From an uncultured bacterium (GTDB lineage Bacteria; Babelota; Babeliae; Babelales; Babelaceae): a stretch of DNA of 64,000 nucleotides. The DNA is taken from contig OY970209.1 in NCBI GenBank assembly GCA_963713855.1, positions 1,344,001 through 1,408,000 of the forward strand. The letters are read 5' to 3'. The notes beneath the pieces are model-generated. The model made no database searches. It was not told the origin of the DNA and saw only the letters and a program-made list of their open reading frames with translations. The position numbers and the translations under genes were made by a program. Each line of letters begins with the position of its first letter. The stretch's first letter is position 1. Below are positions 20,244 to 30,011 of the stretch, in pieces.

Positions 20244-21509
20244 ATGATTCAGTATTTTTTAGAGCACAACCGGTACCTGAACCTTATTGGCATTGTTCTC
20301 ATATTAGCCCTCGCATATCTTGTATCAGCGCGCCGACAAGCTATTAATAAAAAGCTGGTTTTTAATGCACTTTTTCTGCAAGCTGTTCTCGGTTTTTTAA
20401 CACTCAAGGTTTTTTGGGGTCAAGCTATTATAAGAGGCTTAGCGTCTGGTATTACAAATCTTTATGAATATGCTGAAGAGGGTGCACGTTTTGTTTTTGG
20501 CTCACTTTCAAGCGTCCAGCAACCTTGGGGATTTATTTTTGCGTTCAGGGTTTTACCCATCATTATTTTCTTTAGCGCTTTGATTGCGTTATTATTCCAC
20601 TATAATATAATCCAAAGAGTTACTGCTCCTCTTACCAAGGGACTTTATTATCTCTTGGGAACATCCGCAGCTGAAACACTTTGCGCTGTCGCTAACAGTT
20701 TTTTGGGGCAGACAGAAGCTCCGTTACTAATAACAAGGTATCTTTCAAGCATGACAAAGTCTGAAATTCTTACGGTCATGGTAAGCGGTATGGGTAGCCT
20801 TAGCGGACCGTTATTCGCTGTGTACGCTGCAATGGGCGTATCGGTCACCTATCTTTTAAGCGCAAGCATTATGGCTATACCGTCAACCATACTCATCTCA
20901 AAAATACTCATGCCTGAAACCGAAGAACCAAAAACCCTTAATGGCCTATCAACACAAAAAAGCCAAGATGAAGGTAGTCTTTTTGACGCCCTTGCTACAG
21001 GTACCTCTGATGGATTAAAATTGGCCTTGGCAGTAGCGGCCATGCTTATAGCTTTTATTGCTCTTATTGCAGGAGTAAACGGCCTTTTGGGTGGCTTATC
21101 AAATGCACTCACCTGGCTCGCTTCACTTTTTGGAGCTTCAATACACCTTCCTCAGCTAACATTACAAACCATCTTTGGGTATCTTTTTGCGCCCCTTGGT
21201 TGGATTCTAGGGCTATCTGGAAGCGAAATAACCCGGGCTGGAGAGCTTCTAGGTCTCAAGCTTACGGTTAATGAGCTTGTAGCTTACGCTGCAATGGTTT
21301 CACACCCACTTTCCGCACGAGCAACGGCTTTGTTAACCTTTGCGCTTGCGGGCTTTGCAAACCTTTCTTCTATAGGCATTCAGGTGGCAGGTATCGGTTG
21401 TCTAGCTCCTAACAAACAAAAAATATTAAGTTCACTCGGTTTTCGCGCCGTATTAGGTGGATCTCTGTCAAACCTCCTATCAGCCTGCATCGCTGGATTA
21501 TTTTTATAA
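20244..21509 (+). CDS. nupC: CNT family nucleoside:cation symporter
   Basis: FAFRVLPIIIFFS, FLGQTEAPL, NELVAY, GFANLSSIGIQ. Confidence 0.93.
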   Translation: MIQYFLEHNRYLNLIGIVLILALAYLVSARRQAINKKLVFNALFLQAVLGFLTLKVFWGQAIIRGLASGITNLYEYAEEGARFVFGSLSSVQQPWGFIFAFRVLPIIIFFSALIALLFHYNIIQRVTAPLTKGLYYLLGTSAAETLCAVANSFLGQTEAPLLITRYLSSMTKSEILTVMVSGMGSLSGPLFAVYAAMGVSVTYLLSASIMAIPSTILISKILMPETEEPKTLNGLSTQKSQDEGSLFDALATGTSDGLKLALAVAAMLIAFIALIAGVNGLLGGLSNALTWLASLFGASIHLPQLTLQTIFGYLFAPLGWILGLSGSEITRAGELLGLKLTVNELVAYAAMVSHPLSARATALLTFALAGFANLSSIGIQVAGIGCLAPNKQKILSSLGFRAVLGGSLSNLLSACIAGLFL

Positions 21510-21626
21510 GTAGCAAAAGTTTATCCTATCCCTATTCTTATCAATAATCTTTTGAAAAATTGTAAGTATTGAAATAATAAGCTTTTTTAATATATGATAC
21601 TAATAGTAATATTGGGAGATAGTAAA

Positions 21627-21890
21627 ATGATTCTAAAACTTTGCAATATGATGGCACTTACCATGATGTTTTCTTTAGCAGCAGCACCTCAACCTGATCT
21701 GCAAGAAGCACCCGTCCCATGTACCTACAAAGCTAGTCCGTGCACAGAGCTTTATGGAAAGTGTACATTGACAGCTGATTGTTCAAAAAACTCCTACCAC
21801 CCTGGTCTAAAGACGGGTGATACGCATGAAGGCGTCTGTCTTCAAAAAGGTCGTCATGATGCTGAGCTTGTATGCAAAGATCTAATATAA
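21627..21890 (+). CDS. Small secreted Cys-rich protein
   Basis: RBS GGAG, signal peptide, six Cys in the mature part. Confidence 0.65.
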   Translation: MILKLCNMMALTMMFSLAAAPQPDLQEAPVPCTYKASPCTELYGKCTLTADCSKNSYHPGLKTGDTHEGVCLQKGRHDAELVCKDLI

Positions 21891-21901
21891 AGGGAGAAAT
21901 T

Positions 21902-22093
21902 ATGGCACGTTATGGTAAAGAAGCAAAAGAAAAAGTAAAAAGAGCTATGAAAGAGTATAAAGAAGGAAAATTGGTTAGCGGAAAGAGTGGTAAGAAGGTT
22001 GAAAGCCGTGCTCAAGCTATAGCAATAGGACTTTCCGAGGCTCGTCAAGCCGGCGGCAAGGTACCACCTGCCCCTTCGAAAAGCAAGGAATAA
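21902..22093 (+). CDS. Small basic protein (DUF6496-like)
   Basis: KVKRAMKEYKEGKLVSGKSGKKVESRAQAIAIGLSEAR; RBS GGGAG. Confidence 0.85.
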   Translation: MARYGKEAKEKVKRAMKEYKEGKLVSGKSGKKVESRAQAIAIGLSEARQAGGKVPPAPSKSKE

Positions 22094-22098
22094 ATCGA

Positions 22099-22629
22099 AT
22101 GGCACGTGAACATTTTGTAGAAGAATTTTCGGAAATTTTAGCAAATGATAGTGCCCTTAAACGAAAAGAGGTACCTTCGTTAATCGAAGACTTCAATCGA
22201 AGATCGGATTTACGGTTTGAGGAGTTTCTCATACATGAAAATGTAATAAGTCGTGCCCAGTTATTGGACGCTCTAAGTAAATATTACTCAATGCCTTCGA
22301 TGGATGTTCGTGGTATTTTCTTTGACCACCACTTGGTAAGTATGTTTCCTCAAGATGTTCTTGTTCGCCATGCTTTCATTCCCTATTTTAAAGATGGGGA
22401 TGTACTGGTTGTGGTAACAGCCTCGCCAGACGATGAATTAGATGAAATAATCAATAAATTTGTTTCTTATAGTCCAGATTATTTAGTAGGTTATTTTAGA
22501 GATATTTTGGATAGCGTAGAAGAATATTCAGATGTCGCTTTGACGGATGAACCCCATATGTACGACCAAGATGTACGCGAAGAGAGGGAGGAAGAAAAGC
22601 ATGTTGAAGAATCTGAAGAATTTGGCTAA
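22099..22629 (+). CDS. Stand-alone GspE/PilB N-terminal (T2SSE_N/MshEN-like) domain protein
   Basis: FLIHENVISRAQLLDALSKYY..HAFIPY..LVVVTASP matches the PilB/GspE N-domain; no ATPase domain. Confidence 0.65.
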   Translation: MAREHFVEEFSEILANDSALKRKEVPSLIEDFNRRSDLRFEEFLIHENVISRAQLLDALSKYYSMPSMDVRGIFFDHHLVSMFPQDVLVRHAFIPYFKDGDVLVVVTASPDDELDEIINKFVSYSPDYLVGYFRDILDSVEEYSDVALTDEPHMYDQDVREEREEEKHVEESEEFG

Positions 22630-22714
22630 AGCTAGTATTTATTTTTCCTGCTTTGGTTGTTACGTACAATCAAGTATACTTAACCCTGCAACCTCAATTA
22701 ATGAAGGGTTAACA

Positions 22715-23212
22715 ATGCAAAAACTCATTTTAACGAGTCCCTCGTTCGAGTCAAATGGTTATATACCACAGGTTCATGCACATACTCATTTTGGTCCTGG
22801 ATCTCTTAATAAATCTCCCGCTTTTTCATGGAGCCACGCTCCGGAAGGCACCAAGACATTCGCTCTCATTTGCAAAGATCTTGATGCTGTCGGTGGAACC
22901 TTTATTCACTGGGTAATCTATAACATACCGGCAAAACTGTCTAAGATTCCTGAAGGCATAGCACCAACACCGGATGTCCCTTCTCTGGACGGAGCCCAAC
23001 AGGGCAGAAATAGCTACAGACAAATAGGTTATGGTGGACCAAATCCTCCCGTTGGTACTCGTGTTCATCGCTATGTTTTTACTCTCTATGCTTTAGATAA
23101 ACGCTTAGAAAGCCCCCCACAATCTACAACCGCTTCGGAGCTTGAAGGCGCTATGAATGGTCATACACTCGCTAGTGCCGAAGTGACTGGTCGCTTTGCT
23201 GCGCCATCGTAG
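22715..23212 (+). CDS. YbhB/YbcL family PEBP (Raf kinase inhibitor-like) protein
   Basis: LTSPSF, FIHWVIYNIP, GYGGPNPP, HRYVFTLYALD. Confidence 0.93.
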   Translation: MQKLILTSPSFESNGYIPQVHAHTHFGPGSLNKSPAFSWSHAPEGTKTFALICKDLDAVGGTFIHWVIYNIPAKLSKIPEGIAPTPDVPSLDGAQQGRNSYRQIGYGGPNPPVGTRVHRYVFTLYALDKRLESPPQSTTASELEGAMNGHTLASAEVTGRFAAPS

Positions 23213-23215
23213 CAT

Positions 23216-25612
23216 ATGGGCTACATTATCTGGTTTGACAATCTTCAACCCCAAGATTATCAAAAAGTCGGCGGTAAAAATGCCTCGCTCGCTACTTTAT
23301 TTCAACGCATGCGTGACCTTGACATACGAGTGCCCAATGGTTTTGCTATAACTACGGACGTCTTTCTGGAGTTCATGCAAGAAAATGATCTTGATACGAC
23401 ACTCAAAGAAATCTTGGAAAAAATCTCGCTTGACTCACTTAAAGACTTAGAAAAGTGTGAACGTGAGATGCATGCCCATATTATGAGCGCATCAAAACTG
23501 CCCACTACCTTTTACGAGGCTCTATTAAAAGCATATGAAAAACTAAATGTAGATGATGCCGATGTTGCAGTGCGGTCCTCGGCAATTGGTGAAGACTCTG
23601 CTGAGTTTTCATTTGCCGGGCAACAAAAAACATGCCTTGCTATAAAAGGCATCGAACAACTTATTAATGCGTACAAAGAGGTGGTTGCGTCTCTCTTTAC
23701 TGCTCGAGCACTCGCCTATAGGCATCATAACAAAATTCCCATAGCAAATACCGCGATAGCAGTTGTTGTTCAAAAAATGGTCAACAGTACGGTTGCGGGA
23801 ATCGCTTTTTCGCATGATACGAAAACAGGCCTTGAGAGCATGATAACAATTGCATCTTCATTTGGCTTTGGCGAGCTTGTCGTTCAAGGCTTAGTAACGC
23901 CGGACGAATTTTATGTGCATAAGGATCGCCTTAAAGCTGGTTTTACCGGTCTTGCATCCAAAACACTCGGCTCAAAAGAAGAAGAACTCGTAAGAGCAAA
24001 TGGTGAACTAGTGCGTACACTCGTAGGTACCGAAAGACAGGCACAATTCTCACTATCTGACAATCAAATACTTGAAATTGCTCGCGCCGTCATTGCAATC
24101 GAAGAATGGCAGCACCAAAAATGCTCAGGCGCTGTCGATATTGAATGGACGTATGACGATGCCCACCTTTATATACTTCAAGCGCGGCCTGAAACGGCCC
24201 ACCGCAAAAAGAGCCACCAGCGCACCGTCTATAAAGCGCTCGAGACTATCAAAGTACCCCTTTTAAAAGGACAGGGCATAGGAAGCCTTATTACAAGTAA
24301 TAGTGTACAGGTGCTTAATGATAGAGCTGAAGCTTGCGATTTTAAAAAGGGATCTATCTTGGTAACAAGCATGACTGACCCTGATTGGATGCCCCTTTTA
24401 AGAAAGGCCGGTGGCTTAATCACCGACCGAGGTGGACGCACCTGTCATGCGGCTATTGTAAGCAGAGAGCTTGGTATTCCAGCAATCGTCGGAACGCAAA
24501 ATGCGACAACGTGCTTAAAAACGGATGATATCGTTACACTTGATTGTAGCAAGGGGTCAGAAGGCTATGTCTACGCTGGAAAGATCCCTTACGAAACTAC
24601 CGTACTTGAAAACAGTTCTTTAAGATGCCAGCTTCCCGTCAAACTTATGATAAATTGCGCCGATCCTTCCCAGGCACTCCAACTTTCACTTCTTCCCGTT
24701 GACGGTGTTGGTCTTGCGCGTCTTGAATTTATTATTGCATCGCTTATTGGCATACATCCTCTTGCTATTCTGAAACATAAGACTCTTTCGAGTGAAATAA
24801 AAAACCGTATCACCAAAAAAGCGCGCGCGTATGCGAGCGTAGAAGAATTTTTTATCAATACGCTTTCAGAAAGCGTCGGTATGCTTGCCGCCGCCTTTTA
24901 CCCTCGACCAGTTATAGTACGGCTCACCGATTTTAAAACGAATGAATACAAGGACCTTTTGGGTGGTACATACTTTGAGCCCTTTGAAGAAAATCCGATG
25001 CTTGGCTTTAGGGGAGCATCACGCTATATAAGTCCAAGCTACCGCGAGGCCTTTGCGCTTGAGTGCAAAGCTTTAAAAAAAGTCCGCGAGGAAAAGGGGT
25101 TTAATAACATCATTATCATGATTCCTTTTGTAAGAACGGTGCGAGAAGCGGTACTCGTGCTAGCGGAGCTTGAAAAAAATGGCTTAAAGCGAGGAGAATC
25201 CGGACTTGAGATCTATATGATGGTCGAAGTTCCATCTAATGTTCTTCTCATTGACACACTTTCTGAGCTTTTTGATGGATTTTCCATCGGGTCGAACGAT
25301 CTTACTCAATTGACGCTCGGTATTGACAGAGACTCGGGAATTTTAGCATCACAGTTTGATGAGCGAGATGAGGCCGTACAAAAAATGCTCTTGCTAGCAA
25401 TTGAAGGCGCTCAAAAAGCAGGAAAACCGATTGGTATTTGCGGTCAAGCACCCTCGGACTTTCCGGAGATTGCACGCTCTTTAATAAAACTTGGCATTAC
25501 GTCCCTCTCACTTAACCCGGACACGGTATTCCCCTTTCTTGACGAGCAAGGCGGTCTTGGATCCGAGAAGCCATCTTCTGAAAGTAGTGACTTAATGTCC
25601 GAGATCGGTTAG
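23216..25612 (+). CDS. ppsA: Phosphoenolpyruvate synthase
   Basis: VGGKNASL, VRSS, SFAGQ, QARPET, GGRTCHAAIVSRE, ENPMLGFRG, FSIGSNDLTQ. Confidence 0.97.
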   Translation: MGYIIWFDNLQPQDYQKVGGKNASLATLFQRMRDLDIRVPNGFAITTDVFLEFMQENDLDTTLKEILEKISLDSLKDLEKCEREMHAHIMSASKLPTTFYEALLKAYEKLNVDDADVAVRSSAIGEDSAEFSFAGQQKTCLAIKGIEQLINAYKEVVASLFTARALAYRHHNKIPIANTAIAVVVQKMVNSTVAGIAFSHDTKTGLESMITIASSFGFGELVVQGLVTPDEFYVHKDRLKAGFTGLASKTLGSKEEELVRANGELVRTLVGTERQAQFSLSDNQILEIARAVIAIEEWQHQKCSGAVDIEWTYDDAHLYILQARPETAHRKKSHQRTVYKALETIKVPLLKGQGIGSLITSNSVQVLNDRAEACDFKKGSILVTSMTDPDWMPLLRKAGGLITDRGGRTCHAAIVSRELGIPAIVGTQNATTCLKTDDIVTLDCSKGSEGYVYAGKIPYETTVLENSSLRCQLPVKLMINCADPSQALQLSLLPVDGVGLARLEFIIASLIGIHPLAILKHKTLSSEIKNRITKKARAYASVEEFFINTLSESVGMLAAAFYPRPVIVRLTDFKTNEYKDLLGGTYFEPFEENPMLGFRGASRYISPSYREAFALECKALKKVREEKGFNNIIIMIPFVRTVREAVLVLAELEKNGLKRGESGLEIYMMVEVPSNVLLIDTLSELFDGFSIGSNDLTQLTLGIDRDSGILASQFDERDEAVQKMLLLAIEGAQKAGKPIGICGQAPSDFPEIARSLIKLGITSLSLNPDTVFPFLDEQGGLGSEKPSSESSDLMSEIG

Positions 25613-25688
25613 GCGCATCCCATACAGCCCATACAAATGCGCATGACAGTAAAGTTGAGCAAAAAAAGAGCAGCTTTAGCTTTTTCAT
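25512..25688 (-). CDS. Small secreted peptide (58 aa), overlapping the ppsA 3' end
   Basis: RBS AAGGA; MKKLKLLFFCSTLLSCAFVWAVWDAPNRSRTLSHYFQKMASRIQDRLARQERGIPCPG*; absent from the ORF track. Confidence 0.45.
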   Translation of the reverse strand: MKKLKLLFFCSTLLSCAFVWAVWDAPNRSRTLSHYFQKMASRIQDRLARQERGIPCPG

Positions 25689-25699
25689 GGGTCTTTCCT

Positions 25700-25945
25700 T
25701 TATATAAATTCCATCGGACGCCTAAAATGAAGGCACCTTGAACAGCGCCCATACTGTACAACTTGCTCATAACTATCACAAGGACAAAAGCACTCAACAC
25801 TATGCAACGTTCGATAGTCTGGTCGTCGATCCTGACCACGGTTAAACCCAAATTGCCTTCGTACACGAGACATACAACCAGGGCTACAATCCAACGCAGA
25901 AATAGTAAGCATAAAAAGCGAAAACGTAATAGCATTGAGCTTCAT
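25700..25945 (-). CDS. Small secreted Cys-rich protein (possible metal binding)
   Basis: RBS AAGGAGG; signal peptide; CSPGC..CFCPC..CSRCLH. Confidence 0.75.
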   Translation of the reverse strand: MKLNAITFSLFMLTISALDCSPGCMSRVRRQFGFNRGQDRRPDYRTLHSVECFCPCDSYEQVVQYGRCSRCLHFRRPMEFI

Positions 25946-26112
25946 AAACCCTCCTTTGTTGGACAGACAAGTGCACCATCTGGCAAGCACATAATTGGTG
26001 GGTTGTACACAATCGTAACACGATTTGGCAATGTACCTTCTTTAAGAACACACCCAGGACAGCCTTCGAGTGAACAGAAACACATCACTATCGCCAAAGC
26101 ACAAAGCCTCAT
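25942..26112 (-). CDS. Small secreted Cys-rich peptide (56 aa)
   Basis: MRLCALAIVMCFCSLEGCPGCVLKEGTLPNRVTIVYNPPIMCLPDGALVCPTKEGL*; G-rich RBS; ATGA overlap with the next gene; absent from the ORF track. Confidence 0.65.
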   Translation of the reverse strand: MRLCALAIVMCFCSLEGCPGCVLKEGTLPNRVTIVYNPPIMCLPDGALVCPTKEGL

Positions 26113-26369
26113 CCGATTCCCCCCTATTTTTTCTCACCCCAGTGTACAAAAGAATTCTTGCCATGTTCAATAACAATATATGTGACATAAAATGATAATT
26201 TTTAGGCTTGATTCTTTTCTAAAATGATTTTTCCGACATAATGCATAAATTGCTTAAAACATCGAAAGACACTCAAACTATATCTATCCGATTCAATAAA
26301 TATTGCAATTTAGATATTTTACTTGATATCATGGGGATATAAAATTCCAATTACTAAGGATTGAGATAG

Positions 26370-26813
26370 ATGAAGTATACAAATCTCTTTTTTATGACGC
26401 TATTCTCGTTTATAGCAATGTATATACTTATGTACATTATGGTTGATAGTTACTCAAACGTCTACCCAAACTTAAATCAGTTCTATATGGCGGCCATTAT
26501 GACCATTCCTATGCTTATAATTGAGCTATTAATTATGAGAGAAATGTATGCATACAAAAAGCTCAATGCGCTCATAATAGCACTCTGTATAATCCTTATT
26601 ATTTTGCTCATCGTTTTTGTAAGAAACCAAACGGCCATTGGAGACAGAGAGTTTTTAAAATCGATGATACCTCACCATGCGGCAGCTCTTTTAATGTGCA
26701 AAAAAGCACCTTTAAAAGACCAAGAAATTAAAAATCTTTGCAAAGCTATCATTGAGAGTCAACAATCTGAGATCGATTTTATGAAGTCGAAACTAGAAAG
26801 CATCCCAGGATAA
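26370..26813 (+). CDS. DUF305 family membrane protein
   Basis: Three TM segments followed by FLKSMIPHH..IIESQQSEI. Confidence 0.88.
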   Translation: MKYTNLFFMTLFSFIAMYILMYIMVDSYSNVYPNLNQFYMAAIMTIPMLIIELLIMREMYAYKKLNALIIALCIILIILLIVFVRNQTAIGDREFLKSMIPHHAAALLMCKKAPLKDQEIKNLCKAIIESQQSEIDFMKSKLESIPG

Positions 26814-26968
26814 AAGGCCTTAGTAACGTAACTGGTTTGACTCTCGCTTTAAGTCGTCGCGTACTTTAATAAGCACTTGCCCGAGCCAATTACTACCGCG
26901 CTATTGTTATTGCTGTGACAATAACGAAGGTATCGAATATCATCATCTTTTCTTGGAAAAACTAAGGT

Positions 26969-27505
26969 ATGGCACCATTAAGCGAAGCCATTCTAATGGC
27001 ATATAAAACACTCATCGAGGCCTATTATCAGATACCCGTTACTTATAGAAATTCTAAGCTTATAGATGGAACTGGTGGCAAAGTAAGTGTTGCTGATCTT
27101 ATGGCCTATCAAATAGGCTGGGCAAAACTTCTCATTGAGTGGTATGAATCAGGTCTTAACTCGACACGCGTCGTAATGCCGGGAGAAGGATTTACAAAAT
27201 GGGATTATGTCGGTCTTGCAAATCACTTTTACTCAAAATATCATTACGACGGAAACAAGCTCCAAATCAAAGAGCTTGAAAAAGTCGTTAACGCGATCGC
27301 TCAAATCGTTGACAAAGAATACGCTTTGGAAAACCTAGAAAAACTAGGAGTTTGGCAGTGGTGTACTTTACCATCAGGTAAAAAATGGCCTTTAAGCAAA
27401 TGGGTGAGCGTTAATACTACATCTCCCTATAAGAGAGCTACGCTGCTGATAAAAAAATATAATAAGCAGATACAACTGGTAAAAGAGTCCATTAATCATC
27501 AATAA
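26969..27505 (+). CDS. ClbS/DfsB (DUF1706) DinB-like four-helix bundle protein
   Basis: SVADLMAYQIGW, PGEGFTKW, WPLSKWVSVNTTSPY. Confidence 0.82.
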   Translation: MAPLSEAILMAYKTLIEAYYQIPVTYRNSKLIDGTGGKVSVADLMAYQIGWAKLLIEWYESGLNSTRVVMPGEGFTKWDYVGLANHFYSKYHYDGNKLQIKELEKVVNAIAQIVDKEYALENLEKLGVWQWCTLPSGKKWPLSKWVSVNTTSPYKRATLLIKKYNKQIQLVKESINHQ

Positions 27506-27666
27506 TCACCTTTTCGCCAAAAACGAAAATCGCTGGGCAACATAGACGATAATATCTACCGTAAAAGAAGCATTTAAGAACAATTTAGGCTCGGTAAATG
27601 AGCAACTATATCCATTTGCGGGAAAAACATATAATCTCTTTTTTTAGAATTATTTACCAAAAAAGG

Positions 27667-29904
27667 ATGAGTGTGAAGAAGAATATAAAATCACTTTTAC
27701 TCGCATTTAGTTTGCTTGTTAGTTTACAAGTAATCGCAAATGATGGCGCATTAGATATTACGTTTGGAGGAGGGCTTGTAACGACCGGTGCTGGAGCTGG
27801 AATATTCGCGCCCTTCGTTCCAACTGCTTATGGTGTAGCTATACAGACCGATGGTAAAGTTGTTGCAACAGGCCAAGACGCTAATGCCAATTTTCAGACA
27901 GTGCGGTATAACGCCGATGGTTCGCTTGATAGTTCATTTGGCACGGGTGGTATAGTCTCGATAGGAACGGGATTTGCAACGGCGCTTGCCTTGCAACCTG
28001 ATGGCAAAATTGTCGCAGTCGGACAAGACCAGGCAGGACCATTTTTTGCTGCATCTGGACCAAAGCGAGCTGCTAAAAGAAAAAATCTTCAAGTAAAGAA
28101 GGCTTCAGCGCCACAGCCACCCAAATTTGAAGTAGTGCGGTATAATTCGAACGGATCATTAGATACCACTTTTGCTGGAACGGGTATAGTAAAGCCATCA
28201 TTGGGCTTTGCGCAGGGCGTCGCCTTACAGAAAGATAACAAGATTGTCTCCGCAGGTATCATAAACACTTCCACAGGAACAAGTTTTTGGGGGGTCGTTA
28301 GGTTAACGCCCGAAGGCGTGCTCGATACCTCTTTTGGTGGCACTGGTATTGTTACTACAGGTCCAGGCCTTATTCCAGGCCCTGGTCAAGGAGCTCCTAC
28401 AGCGCAATCGGTACAAATACAGCCTGATGGTAAAATTGTAGTTACTGGAACTCTTTTTGATACTGCTTCTGGGAATTTTTTCTTTGCTGTAGCGCGATAC
28501 AACACGGATGGTTCACTTGATTCTTCGTTTGGAACAGCTGGTATAACACTTCTTGGAGCAGGGGGCTCTCCAGCAGGGCTGCTTCCTACCGGATTTTGGC
28601 TTCTTATACAACCAGACGGCAAAATCCTTGCAATAGGGTATTCGGCAAATGAAACCTATCAACTATTCCGACTGACATCATCTGGCGCTTTAGATAGCTC
28701 ATTTGGCACTGGTGGAAGTGCTACACCTCTAGGTCAAGGCTTTGGCATAGGCGGTGCACTTCAAAGTGATGGAAAGATTGTTGTCACACTAGAGTTATTT
28801 GATCAAACAAAACAAACATTTTTCTTTGCGCTTACCCGATATAACAGTGATGGAACGCTTGATACAACGTTTGGTACAAATGGTATTGTTGAACAAAATG
28901 ACCCGGACCCCGAAGGAACCGTTTCTGCTAACTCCGCTGCTTTACAAAGTGATGGTAAAATTATAGCAAGCGGTATTACGGTTCAAAACCCTCCTAATTT
29001 AGTTTTCTGGTCAGTTGGTCGTTATCTTGTTGCTAATACACCATTGGCAGAAACAGTCATTACGTCCCCAACAACAGGTTCTGTCGTTTCAAATGGAACA
29101 CCATTTAGCGGTACTTGTCAGAATCCTGCTATTGTCACACTATTCTTTACTAATACAGTAACTCACGCTGTGACAGAATTTGCAACGACCGTGGGAGCCT
29201 CAGGGTCGTGGACAATCACTCCTACGGGTCTTGCGAATGGTACCTATAATGTCGTTGCCATAGCTAACTATAAAGACGGTAACGTTTTATTAGCTTCCCT
29301 GCCGATTACTGTAGAAGTTGGTGAGGTCACGCTTACCGTTTCGCCCGACCCTATCTGTAATGGGCAAGAAGCTACTTTAACACTTACTGTACCTGTGCCT
29401 CCAACCGAGTCTTTTAGTGTAGACTGGTCCGATGGTGTGACTCAGCCAAACGTATTTTCACCTGATAAAAGAATAGTAAGCCCAGATAAAACAACCGTTT
29501 ATTCAGCGATCATCAGACTACACACTGGTCAAACGTTAATTTCTCCTTCGGTTACTCTTACTGTTAACGAAGATCCAACGATCTCAATTAGAGCTAAGCC
29601 AAATCCGATATGTTTTGGTACCCAAACTAAGGTACGCTTAACGGCATCCTTGACTGGAAAACCGCCTTTTCGCGTAACATGGTCCGATGGCTTTTCTCAA
29701 GAAGTTAACTCGTTCACCGCTGTCCACAACGTAGTTCTCTGTAAATCACACACGTTTTCAGCAACTGTTGTAGACGCAGATGGATGCAAATCTAATGAAG
29801 CATCTGTCAGTATATTTGCAACCGAAAAAGCCTGCGGCAAACAAAGCCCGCTTATGAGAGCAATACGCAAAAAATACTGTGGTCACTGTAAGGAAACAAT
29901 CTAA
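27667..29904 (+). CDS. Secreted delta-60 repeat beta-propeller protein with Ig-like C-terminal domains
   Basis: Signal peptide; repeated DGxLDxSFGxGG and QxDGKIV units; Thr/Val-rich Ig-like modules. Confidence 0.9.
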   Translation: MSVKKNIKSLLLAFSLLVSLQVIANDGALDITFGGGLVTTGAGAGIFAPFVPTAYGVAIQTDGKVVATGQDANANFQTVRYNADGSLDSSFGTGGIVSIGTGFATALALQPDGKIVAVGQDQAGPFFAASGPKRAAKRKNLQVKKASAPQPPKFEVVRYNSNGSLDTTFAGTGIVKPSLGFAQGVALQKDNKIVSAGIINTSTGTSFWGVVRLTPEGVLDTSFGGTGIVTTGPGLIPGPGQGAPTAQSVQIQPDGKIVVTGTLFDTASGNFFFAVARYNTDGSLDSSFGTAGITLLGAGGSPAGLLPTGFWLLIQPDGKILAIGYSANETYQLFRLTSSGALDSSFGTGGSATPLGQGFGIGGALQSDGKIVVTLELFDQTKQTFFFALTRYNSDGTLDTTFGTNGIVEQNDPDPEGTVSANSAALQSDGKIIASGITVQNPPNLVFWSVGRYLVANTPLAETVITSPTTGSVVSNGTPFSGTCQNPAIVTLFFTNTVTHAVTEFATTVGASGSWTITPTGLANGTYNVVAIANYKDGNVLLASLPITVEVGEVTLTVSPDPICNGQEATLTLTVPVPPTESFSVDWSDGVTQPNVFSPDKRIVSPDKTTVYSAIIRLHTGQTLISPSVTLTVNEDPTISIRAKPNPICFGTQTKVRLTASLTGKPPFRVTWSDGFSQEVNSFTAVHNVVLCKSHTFSATVVDADGCKSNEASVSIFATEKACGKQSPLMRAIRKKYCGHCKETI

Positions 29905-29945
29905 TTATTAAACTACGGGGGGAGCGCATGCTTTCCCCTCTATAT

Positions 29946-29988
29946 AAAAAAAAGAGAAGGGCGGTTAAATAACCGCCCTTCTCTTTTT
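29946..29988. terminator. Bidirectional intrinsic terminator between convergent genes
   Basis: AAAAAGAGAAGGGCGGTTA-AA-TAACCGCCCTTCTCTTTTT; a second GC hairpin lies at 29917-29940. Confidence 0.9.
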
Positions 29989-30011
29989 AACGTACAAAGT
30001 AAAAAACAGTT

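Noticed and set aside
25609..26173. ORFs 25609-25935 (-) and 25763-26173 (+)
   Set aside because: These are alternative or antisense frames of the small-peptide cluster, which has better RBS and signal evidence
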